A DNA stretch of 64,000 nucleotides, from the NCBI GenBank assembly GCA_963724095.1, contig CAVRTH010000019.1:536640-600639 (forward strand), in the 5' to 3' direction. Source of the DNA: an uncultured Chloroflexia bacterium. GTDB taxonomy: Bacteria > Chloroflexota > Limnocylindria > Limnocylindrales > CSP1-4. A model generated the notes under the pieces. The model saw only the letters and a list, made by a program, of their open reading frames with translations. It was not told the DNA's origin and ran no database searches. Below are positions 19,481-29,693 of this stretch, piece by piece. The position numbers and the translations under genes were made by a program. The stretch's first letter is position 1; each line of letters opens with the position of its first letter.

Positions 19481-20114
19481 ATGAGCGCCGCTGACCTTCG
19501 TGGGCGCCGCGAAGCCATCGCCGGCAGTGCTGTCGCCACCGGCAGGGGCGACGACGGCACGACGGGGCTGCTCTACGGCGGCCGGATCACCAAGGACGAC
19601 GCTCGCGCGGAGGCCTACGGCACCATCGACGAGGCCGTCGCCTGCCTGGGCCTGGCGCGCGCAGAAGTGGCGGTGCTGACGGCCTCGGGGACGCTTCCGG
19701 GAACCATCGCGGGCCTGGGGGACACGTTGCTGAAGCTGCAGCGAGACCTCTTCGTCGCCGGGTCCGAGCTGGCCACCAATCCTGATGCCTGGGACCGCCT
19801 GCGAGATGGCGAGACGCGTGTGGACGAGGCCATGCTCAGTGGTCTCGAGCAGATGCTGCATGATGCCGAGTGCGCGCATGGAGATGCCACGCGAGTTCGT
19901 CGTTCCTGGCGCCGACCGCTTGTCAGCCGCGCTCGAGGTGAGCCGTACCGTCATCCGTCGAGCTGAGCGCCGCGTCATCGCGCTCGATCACGAACGTCTC
20001 GTCCCGGGCGCCTGGCTGATGCCATACCTCAATCGCCTGGCCGACCTGCTGTGGGTCCTGGCGCGGCTGGCCGAGCAGGCCGGCGGAGGCACGACCACCG
20101 CGCTGCGCGGCTAG
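19481..20114 (+). CDS. PduO-type ATP:cob(I)alamin adenosyltransferase, apparent frame break near 19860-19880
   Basis: TGRGDDGTTGLLYGGRI in ORF 19424-19966. The C-terminus (FVVPGADRLSAALEVSRTVIRRAERRV...YLNRLADLLWVLAR) is in ORF 19785-20114. Confidence 0.65.
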
Positions 20115-20203
20115 CCGCCGTCTCCGGGCGCCCAGGGCCGCTCTCGCTAGAATTGTGAGCCGATCCGCCCGCCCGTGGGCGACCTCGAAAGGAACAGACG
20201 ATC

Positions 20204-20974
20204 GTGCAATCCCGCGATAACGACCCAAACAACCGCAGCCAGGCACCCGGTCAGGTGTCGAACCAGGGCGCCGCCACTCCCAATACGCTGACCCGCGACG
20301 GGGTCATCGTATCGAGCCCGCCGCGTGAGGGCTTCCTCACGGGCAGCTTCGTGTGGATGTTCGCGGGCGTCCTGCTTTCGGCCATCGCGGCCTGGTTCGT
20401 GATGAACAACGAAGGCCTGCGGGAGACGGTCACCGACTGGGTCTTCCTCCTGCTCATCGGCCAGCTGGGGTTGGTGATGGTCATCAACTTCGCCATCACG
20501 CGCATCTCATCGGCCGTAGCGCTGGCGCTGTTCTTCGTCTATGCCCTGACGATGGGCCTGGTCCTGGGCGTCATCGTGCTGGCCTACCTGCCGTCCATCG
20601 GTGTCTCGGGCGTGGTTTCTGCCTTCGCCGGCGCGTCCGCGGTCTTCGGTGGCGCCGCTCTCTATGGCGTGGTCACCAAACGCGATCTGACCAGCCTGCA
20701 AGGCCTCCTGTTCATGGGGCTGCTCGGGCTGATCGTGGTGATGTTCGTCCAGATCTTCTTCTTCCCCGGCAACTCCATGGCCAACCTGCTGATCGGTATC
20801 GTCGGCGTGCTCCTGTTCACCGGCATCACCGCCTGGGATGTGCAGCGGCTGAAGAACGGCTCCATGCCCAACATCAACAAGGACTCCGCCACGGTGCTGG
20901 GAGCGCTGGCGCTGTACCTCGACTTCGTCAACCTTTTCATCTTCATGTTGCGGATCTTCGGCAGCAGCCGCTGA
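20204..20974 (+). CDS. Bax inhibitor-1/YccA family membrane protein
   Basis: 7 TM segments and a Gln/Asn-rich N-terminus; family-typical C-terminal LYLDFVNLFIFMLRIFG. Confidence 0.75.
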   Translation: MQSRDNDPNNRSQAPGQVSNQGAATPNTLTRDGVIVSSPPREGFLTGSFVWMFAGVLLSAIAAWFVMNNEGLRETVTDWVFLLLIGQLGLVMVINFAITRISSAVALALFFVYALTMGLVLGVIVLAYLPSIGVSGVVSAFAGASAVFGGAALYGVVTKRDLTSLQGLLFMGLLGLIVVMFVQIFFFPGNSMANLLIGIVGVLLFTGITAWDVQRLKNGSMPNINKDSATVLGALALYLDFVNLFIFMLRIFGSSR

Positions 20975-21066
20975 CGCAGCCGGGCCGGGCGGCCAGCGTC
21001 CGATCGTGCTGATAGCGAGGGCCTCGTCGGGAACGGCGGGGCCCTCGTCGAAGGAGGAGATCGTCG

Positions 21067-21945
21067 ATGACGATGCGAGTCGGTTTCTGCGGCATGGGCA
21101 CCATGGGTGCCGCCATGGCCGCGAACGTGGCACGTGCAGGCTTCCCGCTTACGGTGTGGAACCGCACGCCGGGGCGTGCTTCCGTGGCGATCGCCGCTGG
21201 TGCGTTCGAGGCGGCCGATCCCGCGGCCGTGGCGGCCGCCAGCGACATCGTGGTCATCTGCGTGTCCGACACGCCTGACGTGGAGGCCGTCCTGTTCGGT
21301 GAGCACGGACTGGCCGAGGGTCTGGCTGAAGGTGCGCTGGTCGTCGACTGTTCCACCATCGCTCCTGCTGCCACCCGCGAGTTCGCGGCGCGATCGGCTG
21401 CTGCGGGCGTCGGTTTCGTCGATGCGCCGGTCTCCGGCGGTTCGGAGGGCGCCGAAAAGGGCACGCTGACGATCATGGTCGGGGGTGCGGACGACGACGT
21501 CGCGCGGGCCACCCCCGTGCTCGAGGCCATGGGTTCCACGATCACGCACATGGGCCCGGTCGGCGCCGGCCAGGCCACCAAGGCCGTCAACCAGGTGATC
21601 CTGTGCGGCGTCTATCTCGGTGTCGCCGAAGGCATGGTGTTGGCCATGAAGTCGGGTCTGGATGCCGAGAAGGTCGTGGCCGCGCTGGCGGGTGGCGCAG
21701 CCGGGTCATGGGTTCTGCAGAACCGCAGTGGTCGTATGATCGACAACGACTACCCGCTCGGGTTCCGCATCGCTCTGCACCTGAAGGACCTCACCATCGC
21801 CCTGGCGCAGGCGCGCGCCGTGGGTGCGGCGTTGCCGGTCTCGGCGCTGGCGGCCCAGATCGAGGCCGGGCTGGTCGCCCGCGGTCACGCTGACGACGAC
21901 AACTCCGCGCTGGCTCGTGCCGTGCGTGAGTGGAGTGGCTTGTGA
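21067..21945 (+). CDS. NAD(P)-dependent 3-hydroxyisobutyrate / 2-hydroxy-3-oxopropionate reductase family dehydrogenase
   Basis: Rossmann GFCGMGTMGAAMA and the family-typical GAGQATKAVNQ motif. Confidence 0.8.
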   Translation: MTMRVGFCGMGTMGAAMAANVARAGFPLTVWNRTPGRASVAIAAGAFEAADPAAVAAASDIVVICVSDTPDVEAVLFGEHGLAEGLAEGALVVDCSTIAPAATREFAARSAAAGVGFVDAPVSGGSEGAEKGTLTIMVGGADDDVARATPVLEAMGSTITHMGPVGAGQATKAVNQVILCGVYLGVAEGMVLAMKSGLDAEKVVAALAGGAAGSWVLQNRSGRMIDNDYPLGFRIALHLKDLTIALAQARAVGAALPVSALAAQIEAGLVARGHADDDNSALARAVREWSGL

Positions 21946-23168
21946 GTGATCGCCTCCGCGAGCGTGCCGATGTCGTCATCATCGGTGCCGGTATCGTGGG
22001 TCTGGCGACCGCCTTGCGCTTGCTGCAGCGCAAGCCCGACCTCGCCATCGTCGTCCTGGAGAAGGAGGCCACGGTCGCATCCCACCAGACCGGCCACAAC
22101 AGCGGCGTCCTGCACGCCGGGCTCTACTACCGGCCGGGCTCGCTCAAGGCACGCCTGTGTCACGAAGGCAAGGCCGACATGGAGGCGTACTGTCGGGCAC
22201 GCGGCGTGTCCGTCGAGCGCTGCGGCAAGCTGGTCATCGCGCTCGACGAGTCCGAGCTGGGTCGCTTCGAGGCCCTCAAGCAGCGGGCGCTGGCCAACGA
22301 CGTGCCCGGGCTGGAGGAGGTCGGGCCCGAGCGCATCCGCGAACTGGAGCCGCACGCGTCGGGCATCAAGGCGCTGTGGAGTCCCGGCTCCGGCGTCGTC
22401 GACTTCCTCGCCGTTGCGCACGCTATCGCCCACGATGTAGTCGAGCGCGGCGGGGTCGTGGAGACGCGTCGCGGTGTGACCTCCATCAGGCGACGAGGTG
22501 ACGAGATCGTCCTGGGCACCCCTCGTGGCGACCTGGTAGCTCGTCGAGTCATCGCTTGTGCCGGGCTGCAGGCCGACCGAGTGGCGGCCATGACAGACGA
22601 CGTCGACGAGGAGCCGCCGCGCATCGTGCCCTTTCGCGGTGACTACTACACCTTGAAGCCTGAGGCAGAGCACCTGGTGCGCGGGCTCATCTATCCGGTG
22701 CCTGACCCGCAGCTCCCGTTCCTCGGGATGCACCTCACCAAGCGCATCGACGGCAGCGTGCTGGCTGGCCCCAACGCGGTCCTGGCCACCTCTCGTGAGG
22801 GCTACGGTCGGCTCGATGTGTCACTGCGCGACCTGGCTGAAACCCTCACCTACCCGGGCTTTCGCAAGCTGGCACGCAGGTTCTGGCGGTCGGGCGTCGA
22901 GGAGATGTGGCGCGACTGGTACAAGCGCGCCTTCCTCGAGGATCTGCGCCGGTTCGTACCCGCACTGAGCTCCGATCACCTTGTCTTCGGTCCCTCGGGC
23001 GTGCGGGCTCAGGCGCTGCAGCGCGATGGCTCCATGGTCGATGACTTCCTGCTGGGTGGCTCGGACCGGGTCCTGCACGTCTTCAATGCGCCGTCGCCGG
23101 CGGCGACATCTTCGCTGGCCATCGGCCGCGTACTGGCGGGGGAAGCCTTTGGGCGCTTCGGCCTGTAG
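21930..23168 (+). CDS. lhgO: L-2-hydroxyglutarate oxidase/dehydrogenase (FAD)
   Basis: DVVIIGAGIVGLATA FAD motif and LhgO/YgaF-like length and sequence (HNSGVLHAGLYY). Start overlaps the upstream gene by 16 nt. Confidence 0.75.
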   Translation: MEWLVSDRLRERADVVIIGAGIVGLATALRLLQRKPDLAIVVLEKEATVASHQTGHNSGVLHAGLYYRPGSLKARLCHEGKADMEAYCRARGVSVERCGKLVIALDESELGRFEALKQRALANDVPGLEEVGPERIRELEPHASGIKALWSPGSGVVDFLAVAHAIAHDVVERGGVVETRRGVTSIRRRGDEIVLGTPRGDLVARRVIACAGLQADRVAAMTDDVDEEPPRIVPFRGDYYTLKPEAEHLVRGLIYPVPDPQLPFLGMHLTKRIDGSVLAGPNAVLATSREGYGRLDVSLRDLAETLTYPGFRKLARRFWRSGVEEMWRDWYKRAFLEDLRRFVPALSSDHLVFGPSGVRAQALQRDGSMVDDFLLGGSDRVLHVFNAPSPAATSSLAIGRVLAGEAFGRFGL

Positions 23169-23266
23169 GTCGGTCGCGGGCCGCGACGGCGATCCGTACC
23201 CATGTCGCCGGGGTCGGGTTGCGTGTACGCTGTGGCCAGCCTGTCATCCATCGATGAGGTTGTGAC

Positions 23267-24181
23267 ATGACGTGGGATTCCCAGGGCCCCGCGACGCCGC
23301 AGGATCCGCGCGCGGCCGGTGCCTACCAGCAGCCGCAGGGGCAAGAGCCTCCGCCTGGCTACGCGCCACCGCCCGGCTATGGGCCGCCACCCGGCTACGC
23401 GCCACCACCACCGCCCGGCTATGGGCCACCCTCACAGGATCCCTGGGGCCAGCCGCCACCGCCAGGGAGTCAGCCGCCCCCGCCGGGCTACGGTGGACAA
23501 CAGGGCCCGTATGGTGCGCCGCAGCCGATGTGGCAGCCGCCGCCCGCCTACCCGCTCGCGCCGGACGCTTACCCCGTCAACGTCTCCTACGACCGGGAGG
23601 CGGGGATCAATCGTGCCTGGGGTATCCCCATCGTCGGGCAGCTGATCCGCTGGGTCCTGGCCATCCCGCACTTCATCGTGATCATGCTCCTGGCCATCGT
23701 GGCCGCCATCCAGATCCTTGTGGCCTGGATCCCGGTCCTGATCCTGGGCCGCTTCCCCGGCTGGGGCTACCGTTGGATCGGTGGTCTCCTGGGCTACAAC
23801 CTGCGTGTGACCGCGTACCTGCTGCTGATGACGCCGACGTATCCGCCGTTCTCGCTCTCGGGTGAGGAACATCCGGTGAGCGTGCGTTTCGACGAGGGCG
23901 TGCGCATCAACCGGCTCTGGGGCATCCCGCTCATCGGCCAGTTGGTGCGTGCCATCCTGCTCATCCCCCACCTCATCATCCTGTGGCTCCTCGCGATCCT
24001 GGTCTGGTTCCTGATGCTCGTCGTTTGGGTGCCCGTACTGTTCCTCGGCCGACAGGCCGACATCATCTACACCCTGGTCGGTGGCTTCTACCGCTGGCAG
24101 CTGCGCGTGAGCGCCTACGTGCTGCTGATGGTCGATCGCTACCCACCCTTCTCACTCGGAGAGGACGACCCGCGACTGTGA
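23267..24181 (+). CDS. tandem DUF4389 membrane protein with a Pro/Gly/Tyr-rich N-terminal repeat region
   Basis: Two DUF4389-like units (WGIPxxGQLxR...YRWxxRVxAYxLLM.DRYPPFSL) preceded by (PPPGYxP)n repeats. Confidence 0.7.
   Translation: MTWDSQGPATPQDPRAAGAYQQPQGQEPPPGYAPPPGYGPPPGYAPPPPPGYGPPSQDPWGQPPPPGSQPPPPGYGGQQGPYGAPQPMWQPPPAYPLAPDAYPVNVSYDREAGINRAWGIPIVGQLIRWVLAIPHFIVIMLLAIVAAIQILVAWIPVLILGRFPGWGYRWIGGLLGYNLRVTAYLLLMTPTYPPFSLSGEEHPVSVRFDEGVRINRLWGIPLIGQLVRAILLIPHLIILWLLAILVWFLMLVVWVPVLFLGRQADIIYTLVGGFYRWQLRVSAYVLLMVDRYPPFSLGEDDPRL
23335..23480 (+). repeat. imperfect tandem nucleotide repeats of about 27-33 nt encoding (A/G)PPPGYGPPPGY
   Basis: ccgcccggctatgggccgccacccggctacgcgccacca repeated with variation. 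Confidence 0.5.
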
Positions 24182-24741
24182 CCGACCCCATCAAGGACAA
24201 CGACGAGCACGACACCGAAGACGCGTCCGAGACCAACGGCGCACCCGAGGGGACCGGCACGCCGGACCAGCTCGCGGGCGCCCTCGAGGCTGCCGAGGCC
24301 ACGTTGCGACGGATGCCGGAGGTCGACTACCTGCTGGTGGCCGATCGCGCCGAGGTCGTCAATGGCAAGCTCTACCTCATGGGCGGCAGCTGGGATCGCA
24401 TCCAGCCGCCACAGTTCCCGCATCGGATGATGCTGGGCATCGCGCTAGGCGTTCGCATCCCCTTCGCCTACACCGACGACCAGCACACGGTGGCCATCGA
24501 GCTGTTGCACGATGACGCGCGCCTGATCGGCTTCGAGGCCAAGCTCTCGACTGGGCGGCCCCCGGGCATGGCTGGCATGGACATGCTGGTGCCGATGGCC
24601 TTCAACATCCCCATCGCCATCCCGGGTGAGGGTCAGGTCACGCTGCGCGCGGTCATCGACGGCCGCTCCGGTCGTCGCCACGAGATCAAGGTCACCCAGC
24701 GCCCCCAGCAGCAGGGGCGGTCGCCGGTCCAGCCGGCGTAG
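24178..24741 (+). CDS. hypothetical protein
   Basis: GTG start overlapping the DUF4389 stop (GTGA). 187 aa with an acidic N-terminus; no motif recognised. Confidence 0.4.
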   Translation: MTDPIKDNDEHDTEDASETNGAPEGTGTPDQLAGALEAAEATLRRMPEVDYLLVADRAEVVNGKLYLMGGSWDRIQPPQFPHRMMLGIALGVRIPFAYTDDQHTVAIELLHDDARLIGFEAKLSTGRPPGMAGMDMLVPMAFNIPIAIPGEGQVTLRAVIDGRSGRRHEIKVTQRPQQQGRSPVQPA

Positions 24742-24834
24742 CCAGACTCTGGCGGCGCACCTCGCCGTCTCGCCATCTCGCCGCCTCACGCCAGCGTGGT
24801 CATCTCGGCCCACGTGGCTGCACTTCGGGTGTCG

Positions 24835-24863
24835 TTGACGCCTGGGAGCGGCGGGGCTAGACT
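24835..24863 (+). promoter_or_regulatory. sigma-70-like promoter TTGACG-N17-TAGACT upstream of the rrf2-suf-cysO cluster
   Basis: Read directly: ttgacg cctgggagcggcggggc tagact, about 95 bp upstream of the Rrf2 ATG. Confidence 0.45.
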
Positions 24864-24865
24864 CA

Positions 24866-24889
24866 ATCCTGACGAAATAAGTCGGAATT
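24866..24889 (+). promoter_or_regulatory. candidate Rrf2/IscR-type operator (GACG-AAATA-AGTC core) just downstream of the -10
   Basis: aatccTGACGAAATAAGTCGGaatt approximates the IscR type-1 consensus GACT-N5-AGTC. Confidence 0.35.
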
Positions 24890-24955
24890 GACGGTGCCGC
24901 ACGTCCAAGCGCCAACCAAGGCGGCACCGCTGACGAGGAGACCGGTCAGACCAGC

Positions 24956-25485
24956 GTGCGCACTACTGTCCCGAGCTCGGGAGCCCTCCATTTCTCCACG
25001 CGCGGCGAGTACGGCGTCCGCCTCATGGTCGAGCTTGCCCGCCACCACGGCAGTGGCCCCGTGAGCCTGTCGGAGATGGCCGACCACGAGTCCCTGCCGC
25101 GTCCGTACCTGGAGCAACTGGTGGTGAGCCTGCGCGAAGCGGACCTGGTCACCAGCACTCGCGGCGCACGCGGCGGTTACGAGCTGTCGAGGTCACCTGC
25201 GGCCATCCGCATGAGCGAGGTGATCACCGCGCTCGAAGGGCCCATCGCGCCCATGATCTGCGCCAGCGATGACCCACACCACGCAGAGGCGTGCCAGCGT
25301 GCCGGCTTCTGCAACGTCGAGCAGCTGTGGCTGCGCGTCCGAGACGCCATCGTGGTTGCCCTCGACTCCATGACCCTCGAGGAACTCGCCGAGCCGCGGC
25401 TCGGCCACCCTGCCCATCCCCAACCGGCCCTCGTGGCCATCCAGCCGCTCTCAGAGCGACCCATCAAGGAGCCAGTCGCCCAGCC

Positions 25486-25489
<4 letters not shown>
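24956..25489 (+). CDS. Rrf2-family transcriptional regulator (IscR/CymR-like)
   Basis: N-terminal winged-helix LHFSTRGEYGVRLMVELA...ARGGYEL and three Cys in the C-terminal half (ICASDD, EACQRAGFCN). Confidence 0.75.
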
Positions 25490-26403
<914 letters not shown>

Positions 26404-26451
26404 CCGGTCCGATGCGACTGTCCGCCCGGCCGCCACGCTGACACCTGACCG

Positions 26452-27724
26452 ATGAACACCACGACTCCCCTGGACCCCGAGGTCATCCGACGCGACTTCC
26501 CCATCTTCGAGCGGGAGTTCCATGGCCAGCGCCTGGACTACCTCGATAGTGCTGCCACGGCCCTGAAGCCGCGCGTGGTGTCCGAGGCGGTCGACGGCTA
26601 CAACCGTCGCTATAGCGCCAACGTCCATCGCGGCATCTACACCATCGGCGAGGAGGCCACGGCGGCCTACGAGGGTGCACGCGAGAAGGTGGCCCGCTTC
26701 ATCAACGCACCCGACCCGCGCGAGATCGTCTTCGTCCGTAACGCCACTGAGGCCATCAACCTGGTGGCCTACGCCTGGGGCAGGCGCAACATCGGTCGTG
26801 CCGACGCCATCGTGCTGACTGAGCTGGAGCACCACTCCAACCTGGTGCCCTGGCAGCTGCTGGCACAGGAGAAGGACGCCGATCTCGAATTCGTGCCCTT
26901 CGATGCCCAGGGCCGGCTCGATCATGGATTCCTGGGAGGTACTGCTGCGGACCCGTCCCAAGCTGGTCGCCTTCACCCACAAGTCCAACACCCTCGGCAC
27001 CGTCCTCCCGGTCGCGCAGATGGTGGCGCAGGCACACGATGTCGGCGCCCTGGTGCTCGTCGATGGCGCGCAGGCCGTGCCCCACATGGCCGTCGACGTG
27101 CAGGACATGGGTGCCGACTTCTACGTCTTCTCCGGCCACAAGGTGCTGGGTCCCGCTGGCTCCGGCGCACTGTGGGCACGAGCCGACCTGCTCGAGGAGA
27201 TGCCGCCGTTCCTCAGCGGTGGCGAGATGGTCAACTCGGTCCACCTGCGACACACGACCTTCAACGACATCCCCCACAAGTTCGAAGCCGGTACGCCCGA
27301 TGTGTCCGCCGCCATCGGGCTCGGCGCCGCGGTCGACTACCTCACCGACCTCGGCATGGACCGGGTGGCGGCCCACGAGGAGATGCTCACCGCGTACGCG
27401 CTCGAGCTACTGCCCCGGGAGGTGCCGGGGATCCAGATCCACGGCCCTGCGGAGGCCGCCGATCGGGCCGGCATCGTCACCTTCACCCTGCCACAGGCGC
27501 ACGCCCACGACGTCGCTACGCTCCTCGACCGTGAGGCCATCGCCATCCGCGCCGGCCACCACTGTACGCAGCCGTTGCACGAGCGACTGGGTGAGACTGC
27601 CACCTGTCGCGCGTCCTTCGGCGTCTATAGCGGCAGCGACGATATCGACCGCCTGGCCACCGCACTGCGCGGTGTCCAACGCATCTTCGGGCGAGCTCCG
27701 GCCCCTGCCGGCAGCCCGTCGTAG
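26452..27724 (+). CDS. sufS: cysteine desulfurase SufS (group II), apparent frame break near 26900-26940
   Basis: YLDSAATALKP, VHRG N-terminal half in ORF 26452-27534. C-terminal half (FSGHKVLGPAGSGAL, RAGHHC) in ORF 26903-27724. Confidence 0.8.
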
Positions 27725-27760
27725 AGAACCACGACCACATCGAGTACCCTGCACTCTCCC

Positions 27761-28160
27761 ATGGATGACCTCTACCGCGACGAGATCCTCGAGCACTACC
27801 GCGAGCCCCACAACTTCGGCACACTGGACGCGCCTGACGCCGTCCACGAAGGCCACAACCCGCTCTGCGGCGACCGCATCACGATGATGCTGACCGTCGA
27901 CGCGGCCGGGAACATCAGCGACGTCGCCTTCACCGGCCGGGGCTGCGCCATCAGCCAAGCCTCCGCGTCCTTGCTTACCGACGAGGTCAAGGGTCGTCCG
28001 GTGACCGAGGTCGAGGCGATGCGAAACCAGGACGTCCTCGACCTCCTGGGTATCGAGATCGAGCCCGGCGCGCCTGAAGTGCGCGCTCCTCTCCCTCGAT
28101 ACGATGCAGCGTGCGCTGGAGGGGCGCCACCGCGACACGACCACCGACGCCGGCCACTGA
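27761..28160 (+). CDS. sufU: SufU/NifU-like Fe-S scaffold, apparent frame break near 28060-28075
   Basis: MDDLYRDEILEHYREPHNFG, NPLCGD, GRGCAISQASAS. The expected C-terminus RLKCALLSLDTMQRALEGRH is in the +1 frame, ending with TGA at 28158-28160. Confidence 0.7.
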
Positions 28161-28221
28161 CGACCGACCCACTTCGCCACCTCGACTGCCCGAGTCGATC
28201 CATCATGGAGCCACACTCCCG

Positions 28222-29406
28222 ATGAGCAAGTCATACCGAGACCTCTTGCGCGAGGCGCGTGAGCAGGTACCCGAGGTGACCACGGCCCAGGCCGAGCTGG
28301 CCGCCGAACGTGGCGCCACCCTCCTCGACGTCCGCGAGGGGAGCGAGTGGGAGCAAGGTCACGTCAGCGGTGCCCGCCATGTCTCCAAGTCCTACATCGA
28401 GCAAGAGATCGAAGGCATCGCGCCCGACCGCTCCCTGCCGATCGTGGTCTATTGCGCCAGCGGCATCCGTTCGCTCTTCGTGAGTCAGACGTTGCAGCAG
28501 ATGGGCTACACCGATGTCACCTCCATGCGGGGTGGGTTCCAGGCCTGGAAGGCCGAGGGCCGTGCCTGGGTCCAGCCCACCGTGCTGACCCCGGAGCAGA
28601 AGTCGCGCTACTCGCGCCACCTTCTCATCCCCGAGGTCGGAGCCGAGGGCCAAGTCCGGCTGCTCGACTCGAGGGTGCTCTTCGTCGGTGCCGGCGGTCT
28701 GGGCTCACCGGCCATGCTGTACCTGGCCGCGGCCGGTGTCGGCACCATCGGCATCGTCGACTTCGACGTGGTGGACGCCTCCAACCTGCAGCGACAGGTC
28801 ATCCACCGCACCGACCGCGTGGGCATGCGCAAGGTCGAGTCGGCGGCCATGACCATCAGCGAACTCAATCCCGATGTGAAGGTCCTTCCCCACGAGGTCA
28901 TGCTGGGCCCAGACAACGTCGCGGAGCTGATCGCAGGCTACGATCTCGTCTTCGATGGGACCGACACGTTCGAAACGCGCTACGTCCTCAACGATGCCGC
29001 CGTGGCTGCCGGCATCCCGGTGGTGCACGCGTCGGTCTTCCGCTTCGAGGGCCAGCTGACGGTCTTCAAGCCGTACGACGGACCCTGCTACCGCTGTCTG
29101 TACCCCACGCCCCCGCCGCCCGAGCTGGCACCGGGTTGCTCCGTGGCCGGCGTCCTCGGTGTCGTCCCCGGCGTGATGGGCCTGCTGCAGGCCACCGAGG
29201 GCATCAAGGTGCTGCTCGACATCGGCGACTCGCTCGCGGGCCGCCTGCTCATCTACGACGCGCTCGACGGAGCCTTCAGCGAGCTCCAGCTGCGACGCGA
29301 CCCCAAGTGCCCGGCCTGCGGCGACGGCGAGCTCGTCGAACCGGCCGCTGACGGCGTCTTCGCACTACCCACCACTTCAGCTGCCAGGACGGAGGTGAAC
29401 GCATGA
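28222..29406 (+). CDS. sulfur-carrier adenylyltransferase (ThiF/MoeB E1-like) with an N-terminal rhodanese domain, i.e. reversed order relative to MoeZ
   Basis: Rhodanese CxxGxR (VVYCASGIRS) at residues around 85-95, then YSRHLLIPEVG, VLFVGAGGLGSP and two CxxC pairs (CYRC, CPAC). Confidence 0.8.
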   Translation: MSKSYRDLLREAREQVPEVTTAQAELAAERGATLLDVREGSEWEQGHVSGARHVSKSYIEQEIEGIAPDRSLPIVVYCASGIRSLFVSQTLQQMGYTDVTSMRGGFQAWKAEGRAWVQPTVLTPEQKSRYSRHLLIPEVGAEGQVRLLDSRVLFVGAGGLGSPAMLYLAAAGVGTIGIVDFDVVDASNLQRQVIHRTDRVGMRKVESAAMTISELNPDVKVLPHEVMLGPDNVAELIAGYDLVFDGTDTFETRYVLNDAAVAAGIPVVHASVFRFEGQLTVFKPYDGPCYRCLYPTPPPPELAPGCSVAGVLGVVPGVMGLLQATEGIKVLLDIGDSLAGRLLIYDALDGAFSELQLRRDPKCPACGDGELVEPAADGVFALPTTSAARTEVNA

Positions 29407-29678
29407 CTGCGGTCCGGATCCCGCCGGTGCTGCGCGGGCAGGCCGGCAACCAGAAGAAGGTCGAGGTCACCGGCGCCACGGTGGGCGAGGCCCTCGCGTC
29501 ACTGCTCGAGCAGTTCCCCGGCCTGCGCGAGCAGGTCTTCACCGCTGACGGCACGCTCAACCGCTTCGTCAACGTCTACGTCAACGGACGCGACGTGCGC
29601 TATGAGCAGGAGCTGGCGACCCCGATCGGGGAAAGTGACGAGGTCATCCTGCTGCCGGCCATGGCCGGGGGTCGCTAG
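29403..29678 (+). CDS. cysO: MoaD/ThiS-family sulfur carrier protein (CysO-like), C-terminal GG
   Basis: 91 aa ending ...ILLPAMAGG-R; start overlaps the upstream stop. Confidence 0.75.
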   Translation: MTAVRIPPVLRGQAGNQKKVEVTGATVGEALASLLEQFPGLREQVFTADGTLNRFVNVYVNGRDVRYEQELATPIGESDEVILLPAMAGGR

Positions 29679-29693
29679 CGAGGTCAGCTCGTC

